This document shows, one piece after another, positions 10,083 through 19,365 of a stretch of 64,000 bases of DNA (position 1 is the first letter of the stretch; each line of letters starts with the position of its first letter). Source of the stretch: Patescibacteria group bacterium (lineage in GTDB: Bacteria; Patescibacteriota; Microgenomatia; UBA10105; UBA927); the NCBI GenBank assembly GCA_035510735.1, contig DATKGN010000010.1, positions 27,814 through 91,813 of the forward strand, read 5' to 3'. A program made the position numbers and the translations under genes. Below the pieces are notes generated by a model that was not told where the DNA came from, ran no database searches, and worked only from the letters and a program-made list of their open reading frames with translations.

Positions 10083-10646
10083 ATGAATGTTTACTTCACG
10101 GCCTCCATCGTCGGCAAGAAAGACTATTTATCAAACTACAAGAAAATTATTAACCTTTTAATGGCCCGCGGCTACACCGTCCAATCAGAACACATCCTGA
10201 ACGTCACGGAACCCGAGATTCATATGAAAACCCGTGAGGAAAGGCTCAAGTTCCATAAGAAGCTCGAAAACTGGATCCAGCACTGTGATTTTATGGTCGT
10301 CGAGAGCTCCTTCCCGAGTATCAGTGTCGGGTATGAGATTTCGCTTGCGCTCCAATACCGGAAGCCCGTCCTTATCCTCTATAGTGTCGGCGACCCGCCC
10401 AGCCTCTTCGCCTCTCACGCAGATGAAAAAGTCGTATGTGAAAAATATACACTGGATACAGTAGAAGAAACCATTAATGAATTTATCAATTTTGTCCACG
10501 GGGCGGCAGACACCCGTTTTACCTTTTTTATCACTCCGCAGATTGCCGCGTACCTTGACCGTATATCGGTCGCCGAGAAGATGCCGAAATCAGTGTATCT
10601 AAGGAAACTCATCGAGCACCACATTAAAGAACATCCCGCGAAATAG
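10083..10646 (+). CDS. Nucleoside 2-deoxyribosyltransferase-like domain plus C-terminal ribbon-helix-helix-like segment
   Basis: VYFTASI...CDFMVVE.S.PS.SVGYEI..AL...KPVLIL; C-terminal RFTFFITP...KSVYLRKLI. Confidence 0.7.
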   Translation: MNVYFTASIVGKKDYLSNYKKIINLLMARGYTVQSEHILNVTEPEIHMKTREERLKFHKKLENWIQHCDFMVVESSFPSISVGYEISLALQYRKPVLILYSVGDPPSLFASHADEKVVCEKYTLDTVEETINEFINFVHGAADTRFTFFITPQIAAYLDRISVAEKMPKSVYLRKLIEHHIKEHPAK

Positions 10647-10746
10647 CCTCAAAACATCCTAAAATCCCATATGTGCATCATGGTGATGTATAGGTTGTTT
10701 GTGATATGGCACTATACAATAAGTAAGATATCTCACAGACAAAAGT

Positions 10747-10980
10747 ATGGAACTGACTTACGATGCAATTAGTTTTCCGGCACAATTTATGAAAAAAACA
10801 CGATTATCACCGATAGCGTTTTTAAGTGGAGCCCTCTACAATAATGTCGTCCTGTGGCGGTCTACATTTTGGCATGTCTGGGAACCGCTTCGGTTCGATG
10901 AGAAACTCACGTGGATCGTATTTATCGGTCAGACCGTCGCCGTCATTACGCTTCTTGAATTTATTCTCTTCAAGAGATAG
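10747..10980 (+). CDS. Small hypothetical membrane protein
   Basis: 77-aa ORF with hydrophobic C-terminus. Confidence 0.55.
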   Translation: MELTYDAISFPAQFMKKTRLSPIAFLSGALYNNVVLWRSTFWHVWEPLRFDEKLTWIVFIGQTVAVITLLEFILFKR

Positions 10981-11409
10981 CTCCAAAATGCCATATTGAC
11001 AACCAAAGATTCAGTGTACTACGATAACTATGCTCGTGTGGAGAACTTGAAGCTTATTTTTCTCTACAAGTTCAAAACAATTGAGGTATCCTGATAATTT
11101 CTATCAGGAGACAGGACTACGTGTCTTATTACCCGAGGGTACTAAGCCAGTCCATCCGATTTACGAATCGGGAAAAATACTTCAAGCCCACACAAGCGGA
11201 ATTATTTATTTGATTGGACATTTTCCCCTCTTCTCGTTCCCTTTTCACTCTCCGTTTGATACCCGAGTAGAACACTCGCCGTTCCCGATCCGTCAGCTGA
11301 CGGATTCGCGCCCGCCCGCCAGCGAGGCAGGTCACGGTGTCGTGTCTACAGGGCCCGGCAATTTATGTTCCACTCATCGAGTAAATTTGATACAATCTAT
11401 AAAACACTC

Positions 11410-11480
11410 GCCTCTCTAGCTCAATGGCAGAGCGACGGTTTTGTAAACCGCTGATAACAGTTCGATTCTGTTGAGAGGCT
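11410..11480 (+). tRNA. tRNA-Thr(TGT)
   Basis: Acceptor GCCTCTC/GAGAGGC, anticodon loop TTTGTAA, T-loop GTTCGATT. Confidence 0.92.
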
Positions 11481-11498
11481 CATGTTCATCAATGAGGC

Positions 11499-11822
11499 TC
11501 ACTTGAAGTATTTCGAAAGCACCTCTTTTTCAAACGGCGTATCTTCAAATAACCGGTTAAATTCAAAAAACGCCTTTTCGTTTAAACGATAGGTGATAAG
11601 TCTGCCGCGCTGAAGCTTCAACACCCACCCGCCCAGATATAGCTGCTTCAAGTGATGGGAAACAAGATTTTCCGCGAGTCCCAAATGATCCGTTATTTCA
11701 TTGACTTCCATCGGCTCATGAGCCAATAAATAGAGAATAGCCAACCGGTGTGTGTGGGCAACCCCGTGGATCCGCCTCGCAAATGGTTTCACTTTTTCAC
11801 GCAATCGTGCCCGGGTCAACAT
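11499..11822 (-). CDS. ArsR/SmtB family transcriptional regulator
   Basis: RLAILYLL...V.EI...LGL....VSHHLKQL...G.V...RGR.I.Y. Confidence 0.88.
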   Translation of the reverse strand: MLTRARLREKVKPFARRIHGVAHTHRLAILYLLAHEPMEVNEITDHLGLAENLVSHHLKQLYLGGWVLKLQRGRLITYRLNEKAFFEFNRLFEDTPFEKEVLSKYFK

Positions 11823-11835
11823 ATGAAAGTGAATA

Positions 11836-12150
11836 TTATTGAACTACCTGAATCGAATCAACGTAGAGTGTCGTTCCGGAATTCTGGCCGGTAGCTGCAA
11901 CTTTTTTACCCAGATATAGGTCTAAATTGACGGAATAAGAAGCGACTCCCCACGAATTTCCGTCACCGACGATAATATGGGTGAAATCGGCTCCGGCTAC
12001 TGTTGATTTGCTTAATATCCCGGTCCGCGTAATTTTTGCAGTCTGATAGACCGTACTTGCGGCTTCTTTACTGCCGAAATACCGAATAGCGAAATACCCG
12101 CCAACTGCAACAATGACGAGAAAAAGAATACCTACTAAAAATGCTTTCAT
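11836..12150 (-). CDS. Membrane-anchored hypothetical protein (OB-fold-like)
   Basis: N-terminal TM; LDLYLGKKV.ATG...LYVDSI. Confidence 0.7.
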   Translation of the reverse strand: MKAFLVGILFLVIVAVGGYFAIRYFGSKEAASTVYQTAKITRTGILSKSTVAGADFTHIIVGDGNSWGVASYSVNLDLYLGKKVAATGQNSGTTLYVDSIQVVQ

Positions 12151-12291
12151 ATATAGTCACTGTATAAAGATCCGCACACCTCGTCAAGGACATCGTATTC
12201 AAAGAAGTAAAAAACAGATATAATAGGCACCATAGCTGGGATGGCGGTCGCCTCATCGGTGACCCGCCGATGAGGCGGGAGTGGCCAATGT

Positions 12292-12543
12292 ATGTACTAT
12301 GTCTATATACTCAGAAGTATTAAAGACGGTAAACTATATATTGGCAAAACACGTAATCTCAGAGATAGATTTAATAAACATGAGCAAGGCCAAGTAACTG
12401 CAACAAAAAATAGATTACCCGTGCAGTTAGTCTTTTATGAGGCATTTGTCAATAAAACGGACGCGGGACGAGAAGAATTATTTTATAAAAGCGGTTTTGG
12501 ACGTGAGGCATTACAAAGCAAATTATTGAACACACTAAAATAA
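12292..12543 (+). CDS. Small GIY-YIG nuclease family protein
   Basis: YYVYILRS...LYIG.T.NL..RF..H...T..RLP..LV.YE. Confidence 0.93.
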   Translation: MYYVYILRSIKDGKLYIGKTRNLRDRFNKHEQGQVTATKNRLPVQLVFYEAFVNKTDAGREELFYKSGFGREALQSKLLNTLK

Positions 12544-12546
12544 CAA

Positions 12547-12631
12547 GCTGGGATGGCGGAGTGGTCAAACGCAACAGTCTGTAAAACTGTCGCCTTAACG
12601 GGCTACCTAGGTTCGAATCCTGGTCCCAGCA
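12547..12631 (+). tRNA. tRNA-Tyr(GTA)
   Basis: Acceptor GCTGGGA/TCCCAGC, ACAGT-CTGTAAA-ACTGT anticodon arm, long variable arm, GGTTCGAATCC. Confidence 0.96.
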
Positions 12632-12632
12632 C

Positions 12633-12761
12633 CCTTCGACTCGCGCGGGCTCGCTCAGGGCAAGCGTACGAGTCGATAGTAAGACCAGAATGAGAAGTTG
12701 AGTCGTAATCGACGAAATCCTGAGCGTTTACCCTGAGTACTATCGAAGGAAAGTCGAAGGG
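12633..12761. repeat. REP-like palindrome (CCTTCGAC..GCTCAGG / CCTGAG..GTCGAAGG)
   Basis: Terminal inverted arms ccttcgact/agtcgaagg; partial second copy at 12781-12820. Confidence 0.7.
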
Positions 12762-12864
12762 AATCCTGGTCCGGAGCACTTTTCGACTCTCCGCCAATTG
12801 GCGGATCGTTCAGGGCAGGCTCATAAATTGACGAAGGATACGAATCTATACTATAGTAAGTTTC

Positions 12865-13833
12865 ATGGATCCAACTGTCCCATCTGACCCGACAAACATC
12901 GCTCCTCCGATTGATTCCACACCGGTAAAACCATTAGATCCTGTCATACCTTCCCAAATTAAACCCTCCTTTTTCGATAAAATCATTGCGCTTTTTATGC
13001 CACCGTTTACACCACAGAAGATATTGGCAATTGTGTTATGTGTCATTGTTGTTCTAAGTATAACCGGCGGACTATTCGTATTCGGCATGAGAGCGCAGTC
13101 AAAAAACGGTACCCCATCACAGGCTCCGGTCGCATTATCATCATCGCCAACACCGACAGACATCCCAACGGATACACCAACAGATGCAGTCGTACCGACG
13201 GACACCGATACACCAACTCCAACGATCGCCGTTTCACCGACGCCAACAGTGAACCCGATGCCGACATCTACAGGAACACCTACTCCAACACCGACACCAA
13301 GTACTCAAACGCAGACGATTACATCGCAGGCATCACTGGATGGCTATGAGTCAAGCGACGGAAGCGGCAGCACGACGGGAGATATTCAGGCGGGAAGAAA
13401 TAATGCGCTGACTATGAGGGGTTTTGTCAGTTTCCCGTTAAATTCAATTCCCACAGGCGTCACCATTGATCAGGCAACGATCCGGCTATACCAAAAGAGT
13501 GTTGATGGTAATCCATACAGTGCTTTAGGCAATCTGGTATTAGACCATCTGAATTATGCAACACTTGATAATTCAGACTATGACAATAGCTCAGAGATTA
13601 TTTTATCCAACTTCGCAACACTCAGTTCTTCGGCCGCAACGGGAGAATGGCGGGAAGCCGATGTATCGGATAGGGTTAGAGATGATATAACAAACCATAG
13701 AAGTAACTCACAATACCGATTGCGCTTCTCAACGGAAACTGTCGGCGGCGGAGGAAGTGGAGACTTTGCACATTTTGAAGCAGCAGATACCGGATCAAAT
13801 ACTATTCCACAACTCTTCATCCGTTATCATTAA
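12865..13833 (+). CDS. Membrane-anchored protein with PT-rich linker and DNRLRE-like beta domain
   Basis: TM, PT repeats, LDGY...RGFVSF.L.SIP.G.TI..ATIRLY...PQL.I.Y. Confidence 0.7.
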   Translation: MDPTVPSDPTNIAPPIDSTPVKPLDPVIPSQIKPSFFDKIIALFMPPFTPQKILAIVLCVIVVLSITGGLFVFGMRAQSKNGTPSQAPVALSSSPTPTDIPTDTPTDAVVPTDTDTPTPTIAVSPTPTVNPMPTSTGTPTPTPTPSTQTQTITSQASLDGYESSDGSGSTTGDIQAGRNNALTMRGFVSFPLNSIPTGVTIDQATIRLYQKSVDGNPYSALGNLVLDHLNYATLDNSDYDNSSEIILSNFATLSSSAATGEWREADVSDRVRDDITNHRSNSQYRLRFSTETVGGGGSGDFAHFEAADTGSNTIPQLFIRYH

Positions 13834-14027
13834 ATTCTCTGAACTTTCGACTTTTATTTTTCATATACACTTATGTCGAGAGTCCTCATTATTAGCCTAT
13901 ACATCAATGTAATTTACATTACAAAAACTTCGAAAAATCATCAATAAATCATAAAATATTTTCTGCCCACGACCCCCTCATTTTACCCTATTGCATTTCT
14001 ATAAAATAGTGTTTATATTATGGTTAT

Positions 14028-14531
14028 ATGGAAGAAGAAACAATGGAAAACTCAACCAGCAGCAGTAGTTCTATGTATTATGTATTGGGTGCTATCGTTC
14101 TTGTCGCAGTCATCGGGGCAGGCTATATGCTGAGACCGAAAACTGACACTTCAACATCAGCCCCTGTTGCTATGACACCGGCACCGACGCCGACACCGGG
14201 TCCGATTACACGGCTTGCATGTGATACGCAATATTACAATCCGGTTCTCGGATTTCCGAAATACTACCTCTCTGCACAGGGAGGCGATGTGACCGGTGCG
14301 ACAAAAGTTGACTGTGCGATGACAATGATACAGGAAAATAAAGTCGTAGCTACTCAGACAATCACGTCACCGTTGACGGCAAATCCGGCACGGGGCGGAA
14401 GTGAATTTAAGTGTACGACACCGGGTGTTGAGCTTAAACCGACAGTTCCTACCAAAGTTGACGTCGTATTGACGGATGACCAGGGAGCAAAAGCAACATG
14501 CAGCGCGTCATTCTCGCTGCCTAAATCATAA
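14028..14531 (+). CDS. Membrane-anchored hypothetical protein
   Basis: N-terminal TM, PT linker, four Cys. Confidence 0.75.
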   Translation: MEEETMENSTSSSSSMYYVLGAIVLVAVIGAGYMLRPKTDTSTSAPVAMTPAPTPTPGPITRLACDTQYYNPVLGFPKYYLSAQGGDVTGATKVDCAMTMIQENKVVATQTITSPLTANPARGGSEFKCTTPGVELKPTVPTKVDVVLTDDQGAKATCSASFSLPKS

Positions 14532-14548
14532 ATCTATTTGAAACTATA

Positions 14549-14579
14549 AAAAACCGCGGGATTAGCCGCGGTTTTTTTT
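14549..14579 (+). terminator. Rho-independent terminator, probably bidirectional
   Basis: AAAAA-CCGCGG-gattag-CCGCGG-TTTTTTTT between convergent genes. Confidence 0.85.
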
Positions 14580-14590
14580 GACATTTTGGA

Positions 14591-14647
14591 TGTCATTGCG
14601 AGACCGTTCATACGCCTGCCTGCGCAGGCAAGGAGAAGCAATCTCTC
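14591..14647. repeat. Partial REP-like element (TGTCATTGCGAG family)
   Basis: tgtcattgcgagaccgttc...gaagcaatctc; right arm not recognisable. Confidence 0.6.
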
Positions 14648-14705
14648 AAAGAGAATGCACATCAACATCGAGAAAAACGTAAGAAATCAGGAAGAATCCC
14701 GGAGT

Positions 14706-15692
14706 TTATTTTAAATACTTAGTGTAAAATGCAACATCGCGGGCGACAACCGTATTCCAGGATCCTGTCATATCATGATCAGCGCCGGAATAGGTATAAT
14801 ACGTAACATCCTTCCCCTTCCCTTTCAGTTGGCTTGCAAGCGCGTCACTCCAAGCCAAAGGAACTGCATTGTCAGCTGTCCCCTGATGAAGTTGAATAGG
14901 TCCTTGGACCCTGTCGAGGTAATTGGTTAGCGAAAATAATTCAACGTCATAGAGTTTTTCAAACGCTGCCAACTCTTTGCGTAATAATTTTCCGTGATCA
15001 TCGGCGTCATCCGTGTAATATAAAATGGAATACGGAAATGGTTTTGAAACCGGTGCCCATAGCACTAGGGGATACGGTTTAGCTACTATTTCTGAAACGG
15101 TAAGAGCGATATGACCGCCGTTACTGTGGCCCCAGACACCCACACGCGATGCGTCTACCATTGACAGTGATCCCACTGAAACCAAGAGATTGACTGCAGT
15201 CGTATACGTTTGAAACCGCTCCTCAAACACATCGCCTGATGGTTTGTCCGATCCTCCGAATCCCAAAAAATCAGGAGCCAGCGTTATAAATCCGTTTTGT
15301 GCATATACCTCTGCACTATGCGCTGTCCCATCTCCCGAAAAATAATTTGCCGGATCTATAAAACCGCGGTACTCTACGATCACCGGTTTTTTATTGACTG
15401 GGGAAGCGTCGTTCGGAATATGTGCAACACCCGTTACTTTGAGCCCGTCACTTATATAATGGAAGGCGTATACGGTATAGGCTGATGTTGTCGCGGTGGC
15501 ACCATCAAGAATAATTTGCGTCGGAACATATTGCCGCCTACTGAGATTTTCTATCGTATATTTGAGAAGCGGCTTCGGCGTTACCATCCCAAGCGGCGAG
15601 AGGATTCCTGAAGATATAGCACGATTCCCGATGTAATATCCCGCCCCGAACGCAACACAAACAGAAATGACGAGGATAACGATCCATTTCAT
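14706..15692 (-). CDS. Alpha/beta hydrolase (S9 peptidase-like), membrane anchored
   Basis: GHSNGG nucleophile, HQGTADNAVP and GADH. Confidence 0.88.
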   Translation of the reverse strand: MKWIVILVISVCVAFGAGYYIGNRAISSGILSPLGMVTPKPLLKYTIENLSRRQYVPTQIILDGATATTSAYTVYAFHYISDGLKVTGVAHIPNDASPVNKKPVIVEYRGFIDPANYFSGDGTAHSAEVYAQNGFITLAPDFLGFGGSDKPSGDVFEERFQTYTTAVNLLVSVGSLSMVDASRVGVWGHSNGGHIALTVSEIVAKPYPLVLWAPVSKPFPYSILYYTDDADDHGKLLRKELAAFEKLYDVELFSLTNYLDRVQGPIQLHQGTADNAVPLAWSDALASQLKGKGKDVTYYTYSGADHDMTGSWNTVVARDVAFYTKYLK

Positions 15693-15921
15693 GCGATTAA
15701 GTGTATCACGCTTCTGTCGTCATTGCCTCTTCTCTCTCGAATTTGATAGAATCGAAGAATCACGCCGGAGATGGCTCCCACCTTCGTGATGACTTCCGCC
15801 TTCGCTGAAGCTTCGGTGGACAAGTCGGTGGGCGGCAGTGGTAAAATGTTTCTTTATAAGCACAGATAGCTCAGTGGTAGGGCGAGTTCCGGTGCCGTAA
15901 TCTAAGCCGTGTAAAAAATAC

Positions 15922-15993
15922 GCCTGGATGGCTCAGTGGTAGAGCGAGTTCTTGGTAAGAACTAGGTCGGGGGTCCAATTCCCCCTCCAGGCT
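15922..15993 (+). tRNA. tRNA-Thr(GGT)
   Basis: Acceptor GCCTGGA/TCCAGGC; AGTTC-TTGGTAA-GAACT anticodon arm. Confidence 0.93.
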
Positions 15994-16271
15994 CAAGAGC
16001 TTACGCGGCGAGATTACGGGATAATACCTAGATCGAGGGTCCCCCGCCTGCCAATCGCCTTCGGCGATAACCGATGGCGGGCAGGGATTCCTGCCTCAAC
16101 GCTTGCCTCATCGCGATCCGGTTCAAAAAAATTCTCCCAAAAACCACTCGTGTTGCCATCTAGTCCATAAATATGTAACTATGGATATATACCCTTCACA
16201 ATTCTAAATTGTTTCGGGTATAACTCCTTCTCATCCAAATCCGCAAGGAGGATTTGGAAAGAAGCGTATAT

Positions 16272-17186
16272 ATGAGTTTATTCTCATTTTTTATTGGCGT
16301 GGTGTTTGCGGCAGAGATGGTGATTTCCCCGCTGGCTGACAGCGTTTCACCAATATCGACAAATACAGCGAAGCCAACAATCTCATTCGGAAACCTTCTG
16401 AGTTACAAATCATCAATATCGGAAAATGTTTTAGGAGCATCCGTCGAAGCTTCGCCAACCGCAACGCCCGCCGAAGCTTCAGCGCAGGAGGGAACGCCAA
16501 CCCCTATTTCATACCATGCACGGAAAAGCCATTATACGATTGCGCTCCTCGGCGATTCGATGATAGATACGTTAGGGCCTGACGCTCCCCAATTAAAGGA
16601 TAAATTACACGTACTTTTTCCTGTGACAACATTCAAAATACTTAATTACGGCGTCGGAGGAACCAATATCGATTACGGGCTCGAGCGTCTCACGAATGCC
16701 TACACCTATCTCGGAAACAACATCCCGTCTCTTATATCAACAAATCCCGACGTCGTCGTCGTCGAGTCATTCGGGTATAACCCATATCCGTATGATGCAG
16801 GAGCCTTAGATCACCATTGGCTGCAGCTTGCGGCGATCGTCCAAACGGTTAAGACCGATATCCCGGGCGTGAAGATAATCATAGCGGCAACTATCGCACC
16901 TAACAGCCAGGTATTCGGTGACGGAGCACCGGGGATTTCCTTTGCCCCGGATGATAAAATCAGAAGAACTTCGACCATAAAACAATATCTTGATTCAACG
17001 GTAAAGTTTGCGCTTAGCCAACATCTGCCGCTTGCGGATGTGTTTCATGCAAGTATCGACAGAAACGGAGACGGCCTTCTCATGTATATTAATCCCGGCG
17101 ATCACATTCATTATTCTGATGCCGGACGCACGCTTTTTGCCCAAATTCTTGCAGGTACCATTATCGATAACCATATACTCGAATAA
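16272..17186 (+). CDS. SGNH/GDSL hydrolase family protein
   Basis: LLGDS, NYGVGG, FGYN and DHIH blocks; start uncertain (16254 or 16272). Confidence 0.88.
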   Translation: MSLFSFFIGVVFAAEMVISPLADSVSPISTNTAKPTISFGNLLSYKSSISENVLGASVEASPTATPAEASAQEGTPTPISYHARKSHYTIALLGDSMIDTLGPDAPQLKDKLHVLFPVTTFKILNYGVGGTNIDYGLERLTNAYTYLGNNIPSLISTNPDVVVVESFGYNPYPYDAGALDHHWLQLAAIVQTVKTDIPGVKIIIAATIAPNSQVFGDGAPGISFAPDDKIRRTSTIKQYLDSTVKFALSQHLPLADVFHASIDRNGDGLLMYINPGDHIHYSDAGRTLFAQILAGTIIDNHILE

Positions 17187-17230
17187 TAAACCCCTTGGCG
17201 GGAACGCTCGAATGCGATATAATTGTTTTT

Positions 17231-17304
17231 GAGAGATTAGAGCTTAGGGTTTAGAGCTTAGTAAATTTCTTACTAAACTCTAATGCGCTAAACACTATAC
17301 TCTA
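17231..17304. repeat. TTAGAG/CTCTAA hairpin upstream of rpmG
   Basis: gagattagagcttagggtttagagcttagtaa...ttactaaactctaatgcgctaaacactatactcta. Confidence 0.85.
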
Positions 17305-17310
17305 TTTTAT

Positions 17311-17484
17311 ATGGCCAAGAAAGATCAACGGGAACTGCTTGCACTCATCTGCACTGTATGTAAATCCCAGAACTATATTACAAAGAGGAATAAGATCAAT
17401 ACGCCGGAAAAACTGGTGCTTCAAAAGTATTGTCCTCACTGCCGAAAACATACACAACACAAAGAGACGAGTAAGTTGGATTAA
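17311..17484 (+). CDS. rpmG: 50S ribosomal protein L33, Zn-binding form (not in the ORF track)
   Basis: Manual translation MAKKDQRELLALICTVCKSQNYITKRNKINTPEKLVLQKYCPHCRKHTQHKETSKLD. Confidence 0.95.
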   Translation: MAKKDQRELLALICTVCKSQNYITKRNKINTPEKLVLQKYCPHCRKHTQHKETSKLD

Positions 17485-17521
17485 AAGAGCTTAGGGAATT
17501 AGGGTATTAGAGTTTAGGAAT

Positions 17522-17896
17522 ATGGAAAAGTCCGTATTTAACTTCGAGAGACTCACGGTATACCAACGTGCATTAGCATTCGCCTTGAACATTTATTCAC
17601 GTACACAAAAATGGCCGCGGGAACATCTTTTTGGTTTAACAGATCAACTAAGAAGAGCATCTTTATCCATTCCGTTAAATATCGCTGAGGGGTATAGTAG
17701 GTCGCGAAAAGACTTTCAGCATTTTTTGACTCTATCACGGGGATCCTGTTTTGAATGTGTTCCGATAATAAAACTAGCGGAGTCTCTCACTTTGCTTACT
17801 TCAAAAGAAGCTGATATGTTTTATAATGAATTAGAGGAAATTGCTAAGATGCTTAGTGGACTACGGAGTTCGCTATTGAAACAACCTAAACTCTAA
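17522..17896 (+). CDS. Four helix bundle protein, copy 2
   Basis: FERLTVYQ, DQLRRASLSIPLNIAEG, SRGSCFE. Confidence 0.92.
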   Translation: MEKSVFNFERLTVYQRALAFALNIYSRTQKWPREHLFGLTDQLRRASLSIPLNIAEGYSRSRKDFQHFLTLSRGSCFECVPIIKLAESLTLLTSKEADMFYNELEEIAKMLSGLRSSLLKQPKL

Positions 17897-17935
17897 AACC
17901 CTAAGCTCTAATCTCTAATGCTCTAAACTCTAACT

Positions 17936-18457
17936 ATGCATCGTAATACGTATTTTGTCGTGACGTTCTTAGCGGTTTTTGCCGCACTGGTAGTCGGAGT
18001 TAACATCGGGAAGAAATTCACGGGTCAAAATGCCCCGCCAATCCAACCTTCTCCCACCGCTTCACCCACACTTGCATCTATCCCATTATCTACTTATACA
18101 AATTCTGAGTGCGGCGCTACGTTAGAATTTCCAAGCACCCTTACGAAGCTTGAAGACGGCTCAGGAAGCGCAGTCCTTGTCAACCAGACCGATACAAAAC
18201 AATCCATTCTTATCACCTGCCAGGATAGTATCCCGCGGCCGCCCTTAGATTCAAATAAAATTGTGCAGGCGTTCGTACCGTATTCAACCGGCACCGGAAG
18301 CGTCGCGGCAACGCTCTATCACGACAGTTCGGCAAAAGACGGAACACCGGTCGACGACTTTATCGTCCGGATTCCGAAAACAACATTGGATTTTTATCTC
18401 TCAGGATTCGGCACCGCCTTCGATGACGTTGTGAAATCTATTCGACTCACCCACTAA
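17936..18457 (+). CDS. Membrane-anchored hypothetical protein
   Basis: N-terminal TM, Pro-rich linker, ends FDDVVKSIRL. Confidence 0.75.
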   Translation: MHRNTYFVVTFLAVFAALVVGVNIGKKFTGQNAPPIQPSPTASPTLASIPLSTYTNSECGATLEFPSTLTKLEDGSGSAVLVNQTDTKQSILITCQDSIPRPPLDSNKIVQAFVPYSTGTGSVAATLYHDSSAKDGTPVDDFIVRIPKTTLDFYLSGFGTAFDDVVKSIRLTH

Positions 18458-18568
18458 CCTCTTTTTATCACCGCATTAGCATTAAAACAGACTGGAAAAC
18501 GTTAAAACAATTCGGGTGTTCGTATCACGGTTTAATTAAACAGCTGAAACTGATAAAATAGGTCCATT

Positions 18569-18639
18569 AGGGCCATGATGCAATGGTAGCATGAGGGTCT
18601 CCAAAACCCTTCATCCAGGTTCAAGTCCTGGTGGCCCTG
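18569..18639 (+). tRNA. tRNA-Trp(CCA)
   Basis: Acceptor AGGGCCA/TGGCCCT, AGGGT-CTCCAAA-ACCCT, T-arm CCAGG-TTCAAGT-CCTGG. Confidence 0.94.
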
Positions 18640-18791
18640 CAAAGGGGTCGTGGTTCCCCGCCTGCCAGAGCTTACGCTCAGGCGTTAGCGGGCAGGGACT
18701 CCACGTGGCCCTGCAAACCAAACACGTTAGAATGACACTATTGTTCATTATTTCGTTTCATTTCGAAAATCTTCTATTATAGAATATAACT

Positions 18792-19322
18792 ATGCGTAAA
18801 CAATATTTACTTATACTCTGTGGACATCCATTTTCCGGCAAAACAACTCTCGCTCAAGCGATTGTAAATCAATATGATTTGGCATTTGTAAATCTTGACG
18901 AAATAAATCGAAGCCGAGGTGTTGGAATCAAGGGTAAGCCCATGACTCCTCGACTCTGGAAAGAAACGTACGAGTTGGGTTTTAAAGAAACAAAAAAACT
19001 ACTACAAGGTGGAAAATCAGTTGTATATGAAGGAGCCAACTTTACCGAACTACTTCGGTCAGAAATTCTAGCCATAACAAAACATACAAATATTATTCCA
19101 ATCATCATACACGTTGCCACAACCCAGAACGAATGCCATAAAAGATTACTACACAACCGGAAAACAAATAGTAGATACGACGTTAAAGACAAAGATTTTT
19201 CATTAGTATGTAATAACTTTCAGATACCGACTGAAAAAGAAGCAAAAGTACTTACGTATAATGCAGACTCTCCTCTGGGTTATTGGCTAATAGAGAATCT
19301 AGATGTTTGCTTTAAAAAATAA
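18792..19322 (+). CDS. P-loop kinase (AAA_33-like)
   Basis: LILCGHPFSGKTT Walker A; LDEI; GKSVVYE. Confidence 0.85.
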   Translation: MRKQYLLILCGHPFSGKTTLAQAIVNQYDLAFVNLDEINRSRGVGIKGKPMTPRLWKETYELGFKETKKLLQGGKSVVYEGANFTELLRSEILAITKHTNIIPIIIHVATTQNECHKRLLHNRKTNSRYDVKDKDFSLVCNNFQIPTEKEAKVLTYNADSPLGYWLIENLDVCFKK

Positions 19323-19365
19323 TATAATTCATCACAGTCTACCGGTGCCGGCATCTTAAAACACT

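Noticed and set aside
17231-17934. Telomere-like TTAGGG repeats
   Set aside because: Units are degenerate 7-8-mers in short inverted arms within bacterial operons; the resemblance is superficial.
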